Made by a program: the position numbers and the translations under genes. The notes beneath the pieces were generated by a model. The model was not told the DNA's origin. It ran no database searches and worked only from the letters and a program-made list of their open reading frames with translations. A stretch of DNA of 54,658 bases from Archaeoglobaceae archaeon (GTDB lineage Archaea; Halobacteriota; Archaeoglobi; Archaeoglobales; Archaeoglobaceae). Positions 28,499 to 38,846 of this stretch are shown here, in pieces (position 1 is the stretch's first letter; every line of letters starts with the position of its first letter). The stretch lies in the NCBI GenBank assembly GCA_038893835.1, contig JAWAQR010000007.1, positions 1-54,658 on the forward strand, written 5' to 3'.

Positions 28499-29183
28499 CC
28501 ATGTGTCCAACTTCTTTTATAACCCTCAGTTCAGCTCCAAAGTTTGTAAAGAACTGCGAATATTTAACTGGTGTAAGAACATCCCTTTCACCAACAACTG
28601 CAATTGTTGGAACGCTGAATTTTAGTTTTCCACTCCTAAAATCTTCAAGCAAATCGAATTTGTTGCAAATCTTCAAATCTTCGAGAAGTATTTTTGCCCT
28701 TTTTCTAAAAATTTCCTCATATTCCTTCAAAAAATCTTTCTTTGCAAAAGCCATGTTTGCAGCCATTTTCACCATCTCATCTGGATTCTTTTCCAATCCT
28801 TCAAGTAATTCTGGAAGAACTCTAAGCCTAGCTCCAGTGCTAAGAAGAACTAAAGCCCTAACTACATTCGAATGCTTAAAGTAAACAACCTGCGCAATAG
28901 CACCGCCTAAACTATGACCAACGATTACACCTTTACCCGAAATTCTCCTAACAACTTCTGCCACGAATTCTGCGTAATCTTCAACACTCCTAATTTCTGT
29001 CTTCTCGCTTTCACCATGGTTTGGAAGGTCTATCGCATATCCTCCGATTTCCTCAAGTTGTCGAAGCCAGATCTCTGCATCGCAACCGGAGCCATGGATG
29101 TAGAAGAGGGGAAGATTTGATCCTTTGAGCACAGAGATCATTTTTCCTTTAATTGGAATTCGAACTCTCTCCATTTTTAACAC
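28434..29183 (-). CDS. Alpha/beta-fold hydrolase
   Basis: HGSG, DLPNHG, nucleophile GHSLGG, GERD, GHM. Confidence 0.9.
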   Translation of the reverse strand: MLKMERVRIPIKGKMISVLKGSNLPLFYIHGSGCDAEIWLRQLEEIGGYAIDLPNHGESEKTEIRSVEDYAEFVAEVVRRISGKGVIVGHSLGGAIAQVVYFKHSNVVRALVLLSTGARLRVLPELLEGLEKNPDEMVKMAANMAFAKKDFLKEYEEIFRKRAKILLEDLKICNKFDLLEDFRSGKLKFSVPTIAVVGERDVLTPVKYSQFFTNFGAELRVIKEVGHMVMLEAPDELNQIIREFLEKLS

Positions 29184-30192
29184 CCCTCAACTTCCTCACA
29201 GCCTTATAAACAGGTTTCTCCTTTATCAATCCTTCCGGTTTGTAGAAAAGGACGAGGATCATGAGTAGACCGAAGCTTATGTATTCCATCCAGACAGTTT
29301 CGAATGGTATTCTGAGAATTTCCACTATTTCATGCTTGTAAACCATCAAAAGCTGTTTTACTGTCACGAAAAGTAGTGTTCCCAGTAAAACTCCTCTATT
29401 ATTCCCTGCGCCACCAAGCAGAACGATTAAAAAAGGATAAAAAGTCCAATCGACCCTTGTAAAATTTGAAGCTATGAAGTTTGCTGTGAAAAGCGAGAAA
29501 ATAGCTCCTGCAATTGCAGCGATTGCGGAAGATATCGAAGATATCTTTATTCTCAAAATCATTAAGTTTCTTCCATAAGCCTTAACAACATCCTCATCTT
29601 CCCTCATCGCTCTCAAAAGTCTTCCAAAAGGTGAGTTTGAAATTCTCTCTGCTGTGAAATAAATGAAGAGAAGAGTTAGGAGAGAAATCATCGTGAAGAG
29701 AAGCTGTCTATCTCCTTTATAAAAGGCAAATACATCTGGAACAGAAATTCCATAGTAACCCCCGCCAAGAGATGTGTTGTAGTTGAAAACCATGAAAGAA
29801 ACTTCACTGATCGCTAGGAGTGTTATAGCCAGATAATCTCTCGAAAGTCTAGCACTTGGAAGTATTGCCAAAGCACCAACTACAGCTCCGATCACTGCTG
29901 AAAGGAAAAGACATAGGAAGAGAATTGAAATTCCAAAAACAGGGTCTTCCGAAATTCTTTGATTTAGAATTGTCTTAAGCTCTGCAGAACTTTCTATCAA
30001 CTCTCCCTCAATTCCGTAAAAGGCTATGAATATTCTGTTCACAATTCCTCCAACGGTAAAGGCTCCAAAGAGAACTGAGAGAGCCTTGCCAAAGTTCGGA
30101 ATTCCAGCAAGACCATAATCTAGGTTCAGGCTTATGCTCACTATTGCGTAGATCCCAAACCAGAATGCTATGTTAAGAAGGGTTTGATCCAT
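29149..30192 (-). CDS. livM: Branched-chain amino acid-type ABC permease
   Basis: SLNL..G.AG..NFG, RL..DYLAI, SPFGRLLRAMREDE, LGGAGN. Confidence 0.9.
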   Translation of the reverse strand: MDQTLLNIAFWFGIYAIVSISLNLDYGLAGIPNFGKALSVLFGAFTVGGIVNRIFIAFYGIEGELIESSAELKTILNQRISEDPVFGISILFLCLFLSAVIGAVVGALAILPSARLSRDYLAITLLAISEVSFMVFNYNTSLGGGYYGISVPDVFAFYKGDRQLLFTMISLLTLLFIYFTAERISNSPFGRLLRAMREDEDVVKAYGRNLMILRIKISSISSAIAAIAGAIFSLFTANFIASNFTRVDWTFYPFLIVLLGGAGNNRGVLLGTLLFVTVKQLLMVYKHEIVEILRIPFETVWMEYISFGLLMILVLFYKPEGLIKEKPVYKAVRKLRGVKNGESSNSN

Positions 30193-31079
30193 TTTCTCAG
30201 CCCCTCTACAATCCCGCTTGGTGCGATGAGTAAGATGATTATTAAAGCTGTAAGAGGAACAACTTTGCTGTAAAGCAGAATTTCGGTTCCGAAGATTGTT
30301 GAAAGATGATATGTAACAAGACTTTCGGACAATCCAATCAAATATCCCCCAAAAAGTGCGCCAGAAATGCTCGCAATACCCCCAACTATACTGGCAGAGA
30401 AAATTGAGACTATTATCAGTGCACCGGTTAGGGGAACTATTTCCTGCTTAAAAGGTAAAAGTGCACCAGCCAAACCTGCTAAAGCTGAGGATAAAAACCA
30501 TGAAAAAATCCTTGTTCTTTCAACATTTATTCCCATAACTTCTGCAAGAGATGGATTTTCCATAGAGGCTCTTAAAGCTATTCCGAATTTTGTTTTGAAG
30601 AGCAAAAGCCAGAGAAAGAATAAAATTGTGAGTATCAGAAATGAAGAGACGAAGAAAATTCCTGAAATACCGTAGACTTCAAAATCGTAGATTGTAAATA
30701 TGAATTTCTTCGCGGACTTTGATATCGTTTTCTCAACAGCATCAGAAATGGATCCAATAAAACCTAGCAGGATCAAGTCTAAAGCAAGGGTTGCGATCAT
30801 CAGAATCACGATACTTGCACCCCTTTTTATAAGAGGTCTAAGAATCGATAGGTAACACATGAAACCCAAGGTGCCGCAGATTAGAAAAACGATGGGTAAA
30901 GAGTAGTAAGGATGAATTCCGAAAAAATTGAGCAGTATGAAGGCCAAATAAGCCCCAAGCACGGCTAAAGAGCCATGAGCAAAGTTTGGAACGGAGGTTG
31001 TTATGTATGTTAAGGTTAAACCTAGGCTCAGCAATGCGATCAAGTTGGAATATACGATCGCTCCTTCGAGAAGCATCAT
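30168..31079 (-). CDS. livH: Branched-chain amino acid-type ABC permease
   Basis: LGLTL.Y....NFAHG, TKFGIALRA..EN..LA..MGIN. Confidence 0.9.
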   Translation of the reverse strand: MMLLEGAIVYSNLIALLSLGLTLTYITTSVPNFAHGSLAVLGAYLAFILLNFFGIHPYYSLPIVFLICGTLGFMCYLSILRPLIKRGASIVILMIATLALDLILLGFIGSISDAVEKTISKSAKKFIFTIYDFEVYGISGIFFVSSFLILTILFFLWLLLFKTKFGIALRASMENPSLAEVMGINVERTRIFSWFLSSALAGLAGALLPFKQEIVPLTGALIIVSIFSASIVGGIASISGALFGGYLIGLSESLVTYHLSTIFGTEILLYSKVVPLTALIIILLIAPSGIVEGLRKWIKPFLT

Positions 31080-31128
31080 GGATTTAAAGAAGGTAAGTTT
31101 TAAAAAACTTTAGTGATTTTTTTTACTT

Positions 31129-32394
31129 ATGAATTGGGGTAAATCGATATTTATTTGTTTGCTTGCCATAGTCTTTCTTAGTGGCTGCGCACAGGTGCCA
31201 GAGAAAAAAGTAGAGGAGATAAAAATAGGAGTTCTAGTCGATTTATCCGGGCCTTTAACCACGTACGGGACAAGCATAAAAAATACGTTGAGCATTGCGG
31301 AGGAAGATATAAACAACTACCTAAAAGCGAAGAATTTACCATATACTGTTAAATTTTACGTCGAAGATACAAAAGTTGAGCCGAAAATAACGCTTGAAAA
31401 AGTTCAGAGTCTACATGCCAAGGGAATAAAGCTCATCGTTGGCCCAATGGGAAGTGGAGAAGTCAGGAACATAAAGGACTTTGTAACAGCAAATAAGATA
31501 GTGATAATTTCTCCCTCTTCAACTGCCCTTCCAAAACTACTTGGAGTCACAAAGCCTGATGAAAAGAAGTATATCTTCAGATTCGTAGCCCTAGATGACT
31601 TCCAGACTGAAGCGATAGTGGCAGAGTTGAAGGCTCTTGGAATAAAGGCTGTTGTGATCACACACATAGGCAACGCGTGGGGAAGAGGGTTGAATGAGGT
31701 TATAAAACCGAAGCTTGAAAAGGAAGGAATAGAAGTAAAGGTGTCCATAGAGTATCCAGAACCGCTTCCGGCGGATTATTCACCGTATATTGCAAAGATC
31801 GAAGAGAACGTTCTTGATCTTTTACAGAAGTATTCAGAAGACCAGATCGCAGTAGTAGCGTTCAGCTATGAAGAAGCTGCTGTGATGTTGGCTCAGACAA
31901 AAAGTGATAGTAAGGTTTTGAGTGTTTTATGGCTTGGCTGTGATGGCACTGCGCTGAGCGGAAAGTTGCTTGAAGTATGTGATAAATCGAATCGCGTAAA
32001 GTTTCTAAGCACGCTGTTTGAATCCAAAGGAAAGGGTTACAGTGAACTTGAAAAGAAGTACAAGCAAAGGGGATATGGAGATGCACCTTATCAGTACGCG
32101 ATGAACGCATACGATGCTGCTTGGGTTCTGGTTTTGAGCTACATAGAGGTTGTTAAGGAAAAGGGTAGCTATGATCCAGACGTGATGGTTTCAAAGATAC
32201 CAATAGTTGCAGAAAAGTACAGCAGGGGTGAATATGGAGTTGAGACGGTCAGCGGATACATAAAGCTCAACGAGTGGAACGACAGAGCTAGCGGGGATTT
32301 TGCGATTTACTACATAAAAGACTGTTCTTGGAAAGTTGCTGGGATCTGGAATTCTGTGGAGAACAAGATAACTTGGTTTGAGTTTGTAAGATGA
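31129..32394 (+). CDS. livK: Branched-chain amino acid-type ABC substrate-binding lipoprotein
   Basis: Lipobox LSGC, KIGVLVDLSGP, ISPSST, AYDA; actual ligand unknown. Confidence 0.85.
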   Translation: MNWGKSIFICLLAIVFLSGCAQVPEKKVEEIKIGVLVDLSGPLTTYGTSIKNTLSIAEEDINNYLKAKNLPYTVKFYVEDTKVEPKITLEKVQSLHAKGIKLIVGPMGSGEVRNIKDFVTANKIVIISPSSTALPKLLGVTKPDEKKYIFRFVALDDFQTEAIVAELKALGIKAVVITHIGNAWGRGLNEVIKPKLEKEGIEVKVSIEYPEPLPADYSPYIAKIEENVLDLLQKYSEDQIAVVAFSYEEAAVMLAQTKSDSKVLSVLWLGCDGTALSGKLLEVCDKSNRVKFLSTLFESKGKGYSELEKKYKQRGYGDAPYQYAMNAYDAAWVLVLSYIEVVKEKGSYDPDVMVSKIPIVAEKYSRGEYGVETVSGYIKLNEWNDRASGDFAIYYIKDCSWKVAGIWNSVENKITWFEFVR

Positions 32395-33137
32395 TGCTGA
32401 AAACTGAAAACATTTCTAAATTTTTTGATGGAATTAAAGCGCTCTACAGGGTTAACATATCGGTTGAGAAGGGTAAAATAACGCTCATCATAGGCCCAAA
32501 TGGTAGTGGAAAGACTACTCTGATAAACGTTATTTCTGGCTTTTATAGAGCTGATGAGGGAAAGGTATTTTTTAAGGGGGCTGAGATAACTAATAAAAAA
32601 CCCTACGAAATAAGCAAACTTGGTATAATAAGGACTTTTCAAATTCCAAGAGCTTTGAAAAAGCTGACAGTTCTTGAAAACGTTTTAATTGCTCCGCTGA
32701 ATCATGGAGACAGCGTTTACGAATCTCTACTTGGAAAGTGGGTAAGAAAAGAGGAGGAACTCGTAGAAAAGGCATTTAGAATTCTAGAATTTTTGAAGAT
32801 CGATCATTTATGGGATAAAAAAGCTCAGGAGCTTAGCGGTGGACAATTAAAACTTTTGGAAATTGCAAGAGTTCTCATGAGGGATGCTGAGCTCCTAATA
32901 ATGGATGAGCCGCTTGCTGGAGTGAATCCGGTGCTTGCGGAGGAAATACTTAAGAGTTTTGTTGAGATGAAAAATAGCGTTAGCTTTTTAATCGTGGAAC
33001 ATAGGTTGGATCTTGTTCTCAAGTACGTTGACTACATTTACGTTATGGCAAGTGGAAGGATAATTGCTGAGGGAAAGGGGAATGAAATCGTAAAGGATCC
33101 AAAGGTAGTGGAGGTGTATTTGGGTGCTAAGGACTGA
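32391..33137 (+). CDS. livG: ABC ATP-binding protein
   Basis: GPNGSGKTT, RTFQ, LSGGQ, DEPLAGVNP, VEH, EVYLG. Confidence 0.92.
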   Translation: MMLKTENISKFFDGIKALYRVNISVEKGKITLIIGPNGSGKTTLINVISGFYRADEGKVFFKGAEITNKKPYEISKLGIIRTFQIPRALKKLTVLENVLIAPLNHGDSVYESLLGKWVRKEEELVEKAFRILEFLKIDHLWDKKAQELSGGQLKLLEIARVLMRDAELLIMDEPLAGVNPVLAEEILKSFVEMKNSVSFLIVEHRLDLVLKYVDYIYVMASGRIIAEGKGNEIVKDPKVVEVYLGAKD

Positions 33138-33831
33138 AAATTTAAACGCGGGTTACAAGCAACTCCACGTGTTATTCGACGTTAATATAACAGTGGACAA
33201 GGGAATAACCGCGATCATAGGTCCAAATGGTAGCGGAAAATCGACACTGCTAAAGTCGATCTTTGGAATCGCCACGGTGTATTCGGGAAACGTTTTTCTC
33301 GATGGTAGAGATATAACAAAGGTACCTCCTCACGAAAAAGTGAAACTCGGAATATCCTATCTACCCCAGCTGGAGAACGTTTTTTCGAATCTCAGTGTGG
33401 AAGAGAATCTAAAAATCGCTGGATATGGAGTTGAAAAGGAAGAATTGAAGGATAGAATTGATTCCGCTCTCGACTTTTTCCCCGAATTGAGGGCGTATCT
33501 TAGAAAAAAGGCTGGAACTCTAAGTGGTGGAGAAAGGCAGATGCTTGCAATGGCGTGTGCTCTTGTGAGGGATGCAAAGATCATGATGCTCGACGAGCCA
33601 ACAGCACAGCTTTCGCCAAAACTTGCAGACAAGATCTTTGAAAGAATACAGATGCTCAGAGATGATAGAAAGATGACGATCCTTCTCGTTGAGCAAAACG
33701 TGAAGAAGGCATTGGAGATAAGTGAAGATGCGTATTTGTTGGTGAGCGGAAGAGTTGCCTTTTCTGGAAAGGCTTGCGATTTGGTTTCTCATCCAAAGTT
33801 CGAAAGAATGTGCATCGGTGTTCTAGACTAA
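33124..33831 (+). CDS. livF: ABC ATP-binding protein
   Basis: GPNGSGKST, AGTLSGGERQMLA, LDEP, LVEQN. Confidence 0.92.
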   Translation: MLRTENLNAGYKQLHVLFDVNITVDKGITAIIGPNGSGKSTLLKSIFGIATVYSGNVFLDGRDITKVPPHEKVKLGISYLPQLENVFSNLSVEENLKIAGYGVEKEELKDRIDSALDFFPELRAYLRKKAGTLSGGERQMLAMACALVRDAKIMMLDEPTAQLSPKLADKIFERIQMLRDDRKMTILLVEQNVKKALEISEDAYLLVSGRVAFSGKACDLVSHPKFERMCIGVLD

Positions 33832-33925
33832 AGCTCGATGTCCATTAATACTATCCGGTTTTTCGGCGATGAACATGTGACTTTTTTGAATCGAAGAAAT
33901 CGATATAAATAAAATTATAAAAAAA

Positions 33926-35155
33926 CTAAATCTCAAAAATCCCGAGTTTTGCGATCTTTTTCGTTTCATCTTCGTATTTTTTAAGCTCTTGCAATCTGTA
34001 ATCTTCTTCCAAAGCTCTTTTTAAAGCTTCGATATCAGAATCAATTCTCATCTCTCTAGTCCTCCCATATCTGCCCTTTGAAACTATGACGGAATTTATT
34101 ATTCCAAGTGAGTCTAGTTCAGAAATCAGATCGCTTATCCTTCTCTGAGTTAACGCTTCAACACCGATCTTGGAACAAAGTTTTTTGTATATGCAGTAAA
34201 CTTCTCCAGTTGTAAATTTTTCAACGCTTTCAGCGAGCAGGATCATGCTGTATAGAAGGATCTTCGTTTGAAGTGGCAGAGTTCGAACAGTTTCGAGCAT
34301 GTAGTCAGTCTCTATTTTTTTCACAGCCTTTCTTACATGTTTTATCCTAACTTTACTGTCTCCCTCCCTTTCAGCGATTTCAGCACTTACTCTAAGCAAA
34401 TCCAGCGCTTTTCTTGCATCTCCATGCTCCTGTGCCGCAATTGCGGCGCAGAGTTGGATAACTCCATCTTCCAATGTCCCCTCATTAAAGGCAATTTCCG
34501 CTCTTTGCTTCAAAATATCCTCAAGCTGCTCCGCGTTATATGGTGGAAAAACTAGTTCCTCCTCACTCAAAGAGCTTAGAATTCTTGCATCCAGAAAGCT
34601 TTTGAACTTCAAATTGTTAGATATTCCAATTATGCACACCCTTGAGGTGGATAAATCTGAATTCATCCTAGTTAAACTATACAACGCCTCCTCAGCCCTT
34701 TTAACCAACTTATCTATCTCATCAAGAACTATCACCATCTTCGCTCCGCTGCTTTCTATGGCATTCTTCACTTCTTCATAAACCTGATCCGTTGGCCAGC
34801 CAGTCATTGGAACGTTTTTGCCGAGTTTTCTCGCTATACTTGCAAGAACTCGATAAGCCGTATCTATTATCTCGCAGTTTAGATACTGGACAACTACATT
34901 TGCGTTCATTTTTTTACTAACTTCTTCAAGATTTTTCATTACAAGCTTTACGGTTGCCGTCTTTCCAGTTCCAGTTTTTCCATAGATAAAAATGTTTGAA
35001 GGTGTACCCCCTTTCAGAATGGGGGATAAAAGTTCCACAAGCTGTGAAATTTGTTCTTCTCTGTGCGGAAGAGTTTCGGGAGTATAACTGTGTCTTAAGA
35101 CATCCCTATTTTTAAATATACTCGTGGAGCTTAAAATTCTGTCGAATAAGTTCAT
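33926..35155 (-). CDS. cdc6: Orc1/Cdc6 replication initiator
   Basis: LPHRE, GKTGTGKT, VLDEID, FPPYNAEQL, HGDARKALDLLR, winged helix with GRYGRT. Confidence 0.97.
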   Translation of the reverse strand: MNLFDRILSSTSIFKNRDVLRHSYTPETLPHREEQISQLVELLSPILKGGTPSNIFIYGKTGTGKTATVKLVMKNLEEVSKKMNANVVVQYLNCEIIDTAYRVLASIARKLGKNVPMTGWPTDQVYEEVKNAIESSGAKMVIVLDEIDKLVKRAEEALYSLTRMNSDLSTSRVCIIGISNNLKFKSFLDARILSSLSEEELVFPPYNAEQLEDILKQRAEIAFNEGTLEDGVIQLCAAIAAQEHGDARKALDLLRVSAEIAEREGDSKVRIKHVRKAVKKIETDYMLETVRTLPLQTKILLYSMILLAESVEKFTTGEVYCIYKKLCSKIGVEALTQRRISDLISELDSLGIINSVIVSKGRYGRTREMRIDSDIEALKRALEEDYRLQELKKYEDETKKIAKLGIFEI

Positions 35156-35264
35156 TTGATCACCTTCAATTCCTTACATTCCCCGCTTAAAGCTTTTTCG
35201 ATTTCAAATATTTTTTATTTATGTTTTAATTGTATTCGAAACAAGATGGGTTTTGCTGCACTTA

Positions 35265-36845
35265 TTATTGTAAAGTGAAAAACAATTCAGCATCTTCGAT
35301 GTAAATCATGAGATCATCCAATTTTTTGAACGGTCTTCTTTTTATAATCTCAGCTGCTCTATTTCCCAGAAGAGCTTCAATTTGTTCCAACTTAGCGCTG
35401 TTAATGTTCAGCGGTGTTTCCACTGCAGTAACACTCCTATAGCCATAGTCAACAACTCTTGCATCCAAAAATGTACCTCTCTTATATTCCCCTATCAATC
35501 CAACGAGAATTGGATAAGTCGCAATTTGCCTGGCATAGCTTATCTTTCCCTCAACTTCGACCATCAAATCCGTTATCCTTCTACCCTTTGGCAGAATTTT
35601 CTTCAACATCTTGTTGTCTATCTCTTTTCTAACACGGTTTTTGAAAGAATAGAAGTATTTTTTATGTCTCATTAGCCTTCCATATCCTTCCTTTTCCATC
35701 GGAGTTCCCGGAAATATCTTCACTTGCCTTATGTTTATTCTCCTAATTAGCAAGTCTTTTTCAAGCAGTTCCGTTAGAAATTCAAAATTTCTTTCAAAAG
35801 TTTCTTTTGTTTCTCCCTTAAGCCCAATTACAAAATTTATTCCCGGCAAAAAAGCCGGTAAACCATTGTATCCGACCGCTCTTCCATAGATGTTCATAAT
35901 CTCTATGGCTTTCATAACTTCTTCCGGAGTTGCACATAAAGAGTTCTTTTTCACAACTCTTTCATCCGCACTTTCCAGCCCAAATGCGGCGACGTTTCCC
36001 GGAGTTTGGTATATCACGATTGTCTTAATTATCTCCTTCGCCTCTTCAGGATATTCTGCAATTGTCTTTGGATTTACATTGTCTAGATGAAGCGTTTTGA
36101 TCTTTGGACAACTATTCCAGATCGCACGATGAAAGTTCTTGAGAGCCTCTGGATTTGGTTTTGGAACTTCATAGCTGAAGTCTGCCAGATAAGTGAAAAA
36201 GTCCGTCTGCTTTCCAATCCTGAAATGTCTAACACCAGCTTCATACAATGCCCTCATTTCATCCACAACTTTTTCAGGACTACGAAATGATAATCTATGA
36301 AATCTTTCGATGCAGAAAGAACATTTTGCCCAATAGCATCCTCTATAAGTTTCTATCTCACAGATTATGTTAGGAAACCAAGGATGCTGCTTAACGACTT
36401 CCGAACCAGCTATTAGAAACTTATCAAGATCGAATTCAACGTTAAAAGTTTCGCAGAATGATTTTTCAAAGGGAAAACTAAGAACTTCAATTGAACTATC
36501 CTCAAGCATTTCTATTTCCCTTTTACTCAACTCAAGGTAAATCGGACCAACCACGATGTTTCTCTTTGCCAGATTCAAAGAAAATAGTTCATTTTTACTT
36601 AAAGGCTTTCCTCCCAGATAATTTCCAGGAACTGCTATCCCTGCAATTACAATTAGTAAATCGAAGTCTTTCACTCTCTTTTTCAGCTCAACATTCTCAC
36701 GAAAGGAATCGATTGTCGTATAGATCGCATTTATGTCAAGCTTTTTAAGAACACCATAAATAAATCTTGGATAAGGGGAAACAAAAGGTGGAACGCCTAG
36801 ACAGGAAGGTTCATCTACGTAGCCGTCTAAGATTAGAGCTTTCAT
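35265..36845 (-). CDS. Radical SAM protein with C-terminal helix-hairpin-helix (COG1031-like)
   Basis: LDGYVDEP.CLGVPP, ETYRGC....CSFC, LHLDN.NP, GLES, RRINIRQV, TRAM-like region, NINSA...RPF; ATG at 36845 overlaps the upstream stop. Confidence 0.85.
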   Translation of the reverse strand: MKALILDGYVDEPSCLGVPPFVSPYPRFIYGVLKKLDINAIYTTIDSFRENVELKKRVKDFDLLIVIAGIAVPGNYLGGKPLSKNELFSLNLAKRNIVVGPIYLELSKREIEMLEDSSIEVLSFPFEKSFCETFNVEFDLDKFLIAGSEVVKQHPWFPNIICEIETYRGCYWAKCSFCIERFHRLSFRSPEKVVDEMRALYEAGVRHFRIGKQTDFFTYLADFSYEVPKPNPEALKNFHRAIWNSCPKIKTLHLDNVNPKTIAEYPEEAKEIIKTIVIYQTPGNVAAFGLESADERVVKKNSLCATPEEVMKAIEIMNIYGRAVGYNGLPAFLPGINFVIGLKGETKETFERNFEFLTELLEKDLLIRRINIRQVKIFPGTPMEKEGYGRLMRHKKYFYSFKNRVRKEIDNKMLKKILPKGRRITDLMVEVEGKISYARQIATYPILVGLIGEYKRGTFLDARVVDYGYRSVTAVETPLNINSAKLEQIEALLGNRAAEIIKRRPFKKLDDLMIYIEDAELFFTLQ

Positions 36846-37837
36846 CCTCCCTGAATTTTCGCATTTCCTCCTATTATAGAGCCGATCAGTTGTATATTTC
36901 TGATCTCGCATTTGTCATCTACTATCGTTCTCCATAGCTTTACCCTTGAAAGAATCGTTTTTTCAAATACTATACTCTCGCTCACATCTGAAGATTCTAT
37001 TCTGCATCCCTCACCAATGAAGGCATATGGCCCTATTATGCTCCTTCCCAATATCTTTGCTCCCTTCCCAATTACAACAGGCTCTATTATTTTCACAGAT
37101 CTTTCTATTTCCGCCGATCTGTCAACGTAATGGTCTGTATAACTCTTGAACGCCTCTATGTAAGAATCCGCGTTTCCAACATCGTACCAGTTACCATTGA
37201 ACTTCTGTCCTAGAACTTCTTCCTTTTCGCACAGATAGCTTATAAAGTCTCCAAGATTATCGCTTCTTTTCGAATTTGCAACATATTCTAAAAGCAGTTT
37301 TATGCTTTCTTCAGGCAAAAAGTAAACTCCAATTCCTATAAGGCTTGAAGGTGGCTTTTCTGGCTTTTCATAAAATCTTACCACTCTCTCCCCTTCCAAT
37401 TCCGCAACTCCATATCTTTTCGCAAGCTCAAGATCGCCCACATCATATAGCCCTATAACCGGCTTCTTTCTCTCCATAAACTTCCAATAAAGTTCTTTCA
37501 GGGAAAAAGAGAACACGTTATCCCCAGCAACTACGAGTAAATCGTCTTTGATATCTTTTGCAATTTCTGCCAAAGCTTTAACAGCCCCAAGCTTCTCCTC
37601 TTCACTTCTGGTATTCTCTGCAATTATTTCAACCTTCTTACCTTTTGCCCATTCTTTGAAGTCTTCCTCAAATCTTTTGTTCGTAGAAACTATCACGGGA
37701 AGCTCCAAATCAACTATTTTTTCATAAACCAAGTCTATGATTTTTTTGCTTCCAATTGGAAGTAAAGGTTTTGCCCTCGACTTTGTTATGGGCCATAGCC
37801 TTGTTGCATAACCTCCTGCCATGATTATTGCCTTCAT
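36842..37837 (-). CDS. Sugar-phosphate nucleotidyltransferase with C-terminal left-handed beta-helix
   Basis: MAGGYATRLWP...KPLLP, GDN, EKP, WYDVG, hexapeptide repeats. Confidence 0.9.
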   Translation of the reverse strand: MKAIIMAGGYATRLWPITKSRAKPLLPIGSKKIIDLVYEKIVDLELPVIVSTNKRFEEDFKEWAKGKKVEIIAENTRSEEEKLGAVKALAEIAKDIKDDLLVVAGDNVFSFSLKELYWKFMERKKPVIGLYDVGDLELAKRYGVAELEGERVVRFYEKPEKPPSSLIGIGVYFLPEESIKLLLEYVANSKRSDNLGDFISYLCEKEEVLGQKFNGNWYDVGNADSYIEAFKSYTDHYVDRSAEIERSVKIIEPVVIGKGAKILGRSIIGPYAFIGEGCRIESSDVSESIVFEKTILSRVKLWRTIVDDKCEIRNIQLIGSIIGGNAKIQGG

Positions 37838-37873
37838 AAAAGACCGTTTAAATAAATGGATAAAAATTTTTGG

Positions 37874-38785
37874 CTACTTTGACCCATATTTCTTTATTAT
37901 ATCTCTGAGATATATTTTGTGCTGCCCCAGCTTTCCTCCATAGTTTCCAGCAGAAAGCTTTAAAACCCCACTCACTTTGCTAGCTGTTTCCAGACAAATA
38001 AACATTGCCCTCTCAACGGCTTCCAAGTTAACTCCATTAATTACTATCTCCGGAATCGACTTCACACCATCTGGAACCTTTGAATCCGGTATTTTTCCCT
38101 TTAGCGTTGGACAATAGTAGTGATTTGTCGTCGGACCTATTTCCGGATATTTTGTCTCAGGCTTGCTACCAGCTGAACATATGTCAAATGAAGTTATAAC
38201 CCCTTCCAGGTCTGCCAAAGCTTCTACGCAAGCTTCTCCAGCTTCTAAAGCGGAATCTTCGCTATCGCAGAATAACCATACATTTCCTCCCGCTATTCCG
38301 TTTGCATATCCAATGTATCGCTCTATGACAAACTCTCCGAACATTATTGGCACAACTATTACCTTTCTTCCCCATCTCTCCTCCTCCCACTCATAGCCAT
38401 CTCCACACCTTCCAACGTTGATTTCAGCATCGAACTTCGTCTCACTTTCTGTGGCGTTGAAGACCCTTGTAGTTGGAACAACGAGAATTCCCTGTCTTAT
38501 TCTTTTACCCATTTCCCTCATCAGAACATCCATGAACTTCTTGGTTTTTTGAACCCAAACTTGGCAAATCGCTCCAACTCTACCATCCGGAGTCTCTCTT
38601 GGGGATAACCATCTCTCAATTCCTCCTTCAGACTCGCCAAAAACAGTGGATGGTAAAGCGGTCGCAGAAATCGCTGCTTTTTCCAAAAGCCATTTGTGTT
38701 TTGCCGTCACTATAAATCTGGAATATATCCCATCAAACGCCTCGCAGTACGTATCCTCTACTGGAACTCCGTTTATTTCGAGCAT
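37874..38785 (-). CDS. ftr: Formylmethanofuran:tetrahydromethanopterin formyltransferase
   Basis: INGV.VEDTYCEAF, ETPDGR.G, PTT.VFN, GIAGGN, EIVING, SAGNYGGKLG. Confidence 0.95.
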   Translation of the reverse strand: MLEINGVPVEDTYCEAFDGIYSRFIVTAKHKWLLEKAAISATALPSTVFGESEGGIERWLSPRETPDGRVGAICQVWVQKTKKFMDVLMREMGKRIRQGILVVPTTRVFNATESETKFDAEINVGRCGDGYEWEEERWGRKVIVVPIMFGEFVIERYIGYANGIAGGNVWLFCDSEDSALEAGEACVEALADLEGVITSFDICSAGSKPETKYPEIGPTTNHYYCPTLKGKIPDSKVPDGVKSIPEIVINGVNLEAVERAMFICLETASKVSGVLKLSAGNYGGKLGQHKIYLRDIIKKYGSK

Positions 38786-38846
38786 GAATTCTAGAATGTT
38801 CGGAGATATAAAACCTTTCTTAACTTTTAGTAGAAACACTTGAAGA

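Noticed and set aside
33832-33925. Origin or sRNA between livF and the cdc6 3' end
   Set aside because: No ORB repeats or sRNA boxes; T/A runs fit convergent terminators
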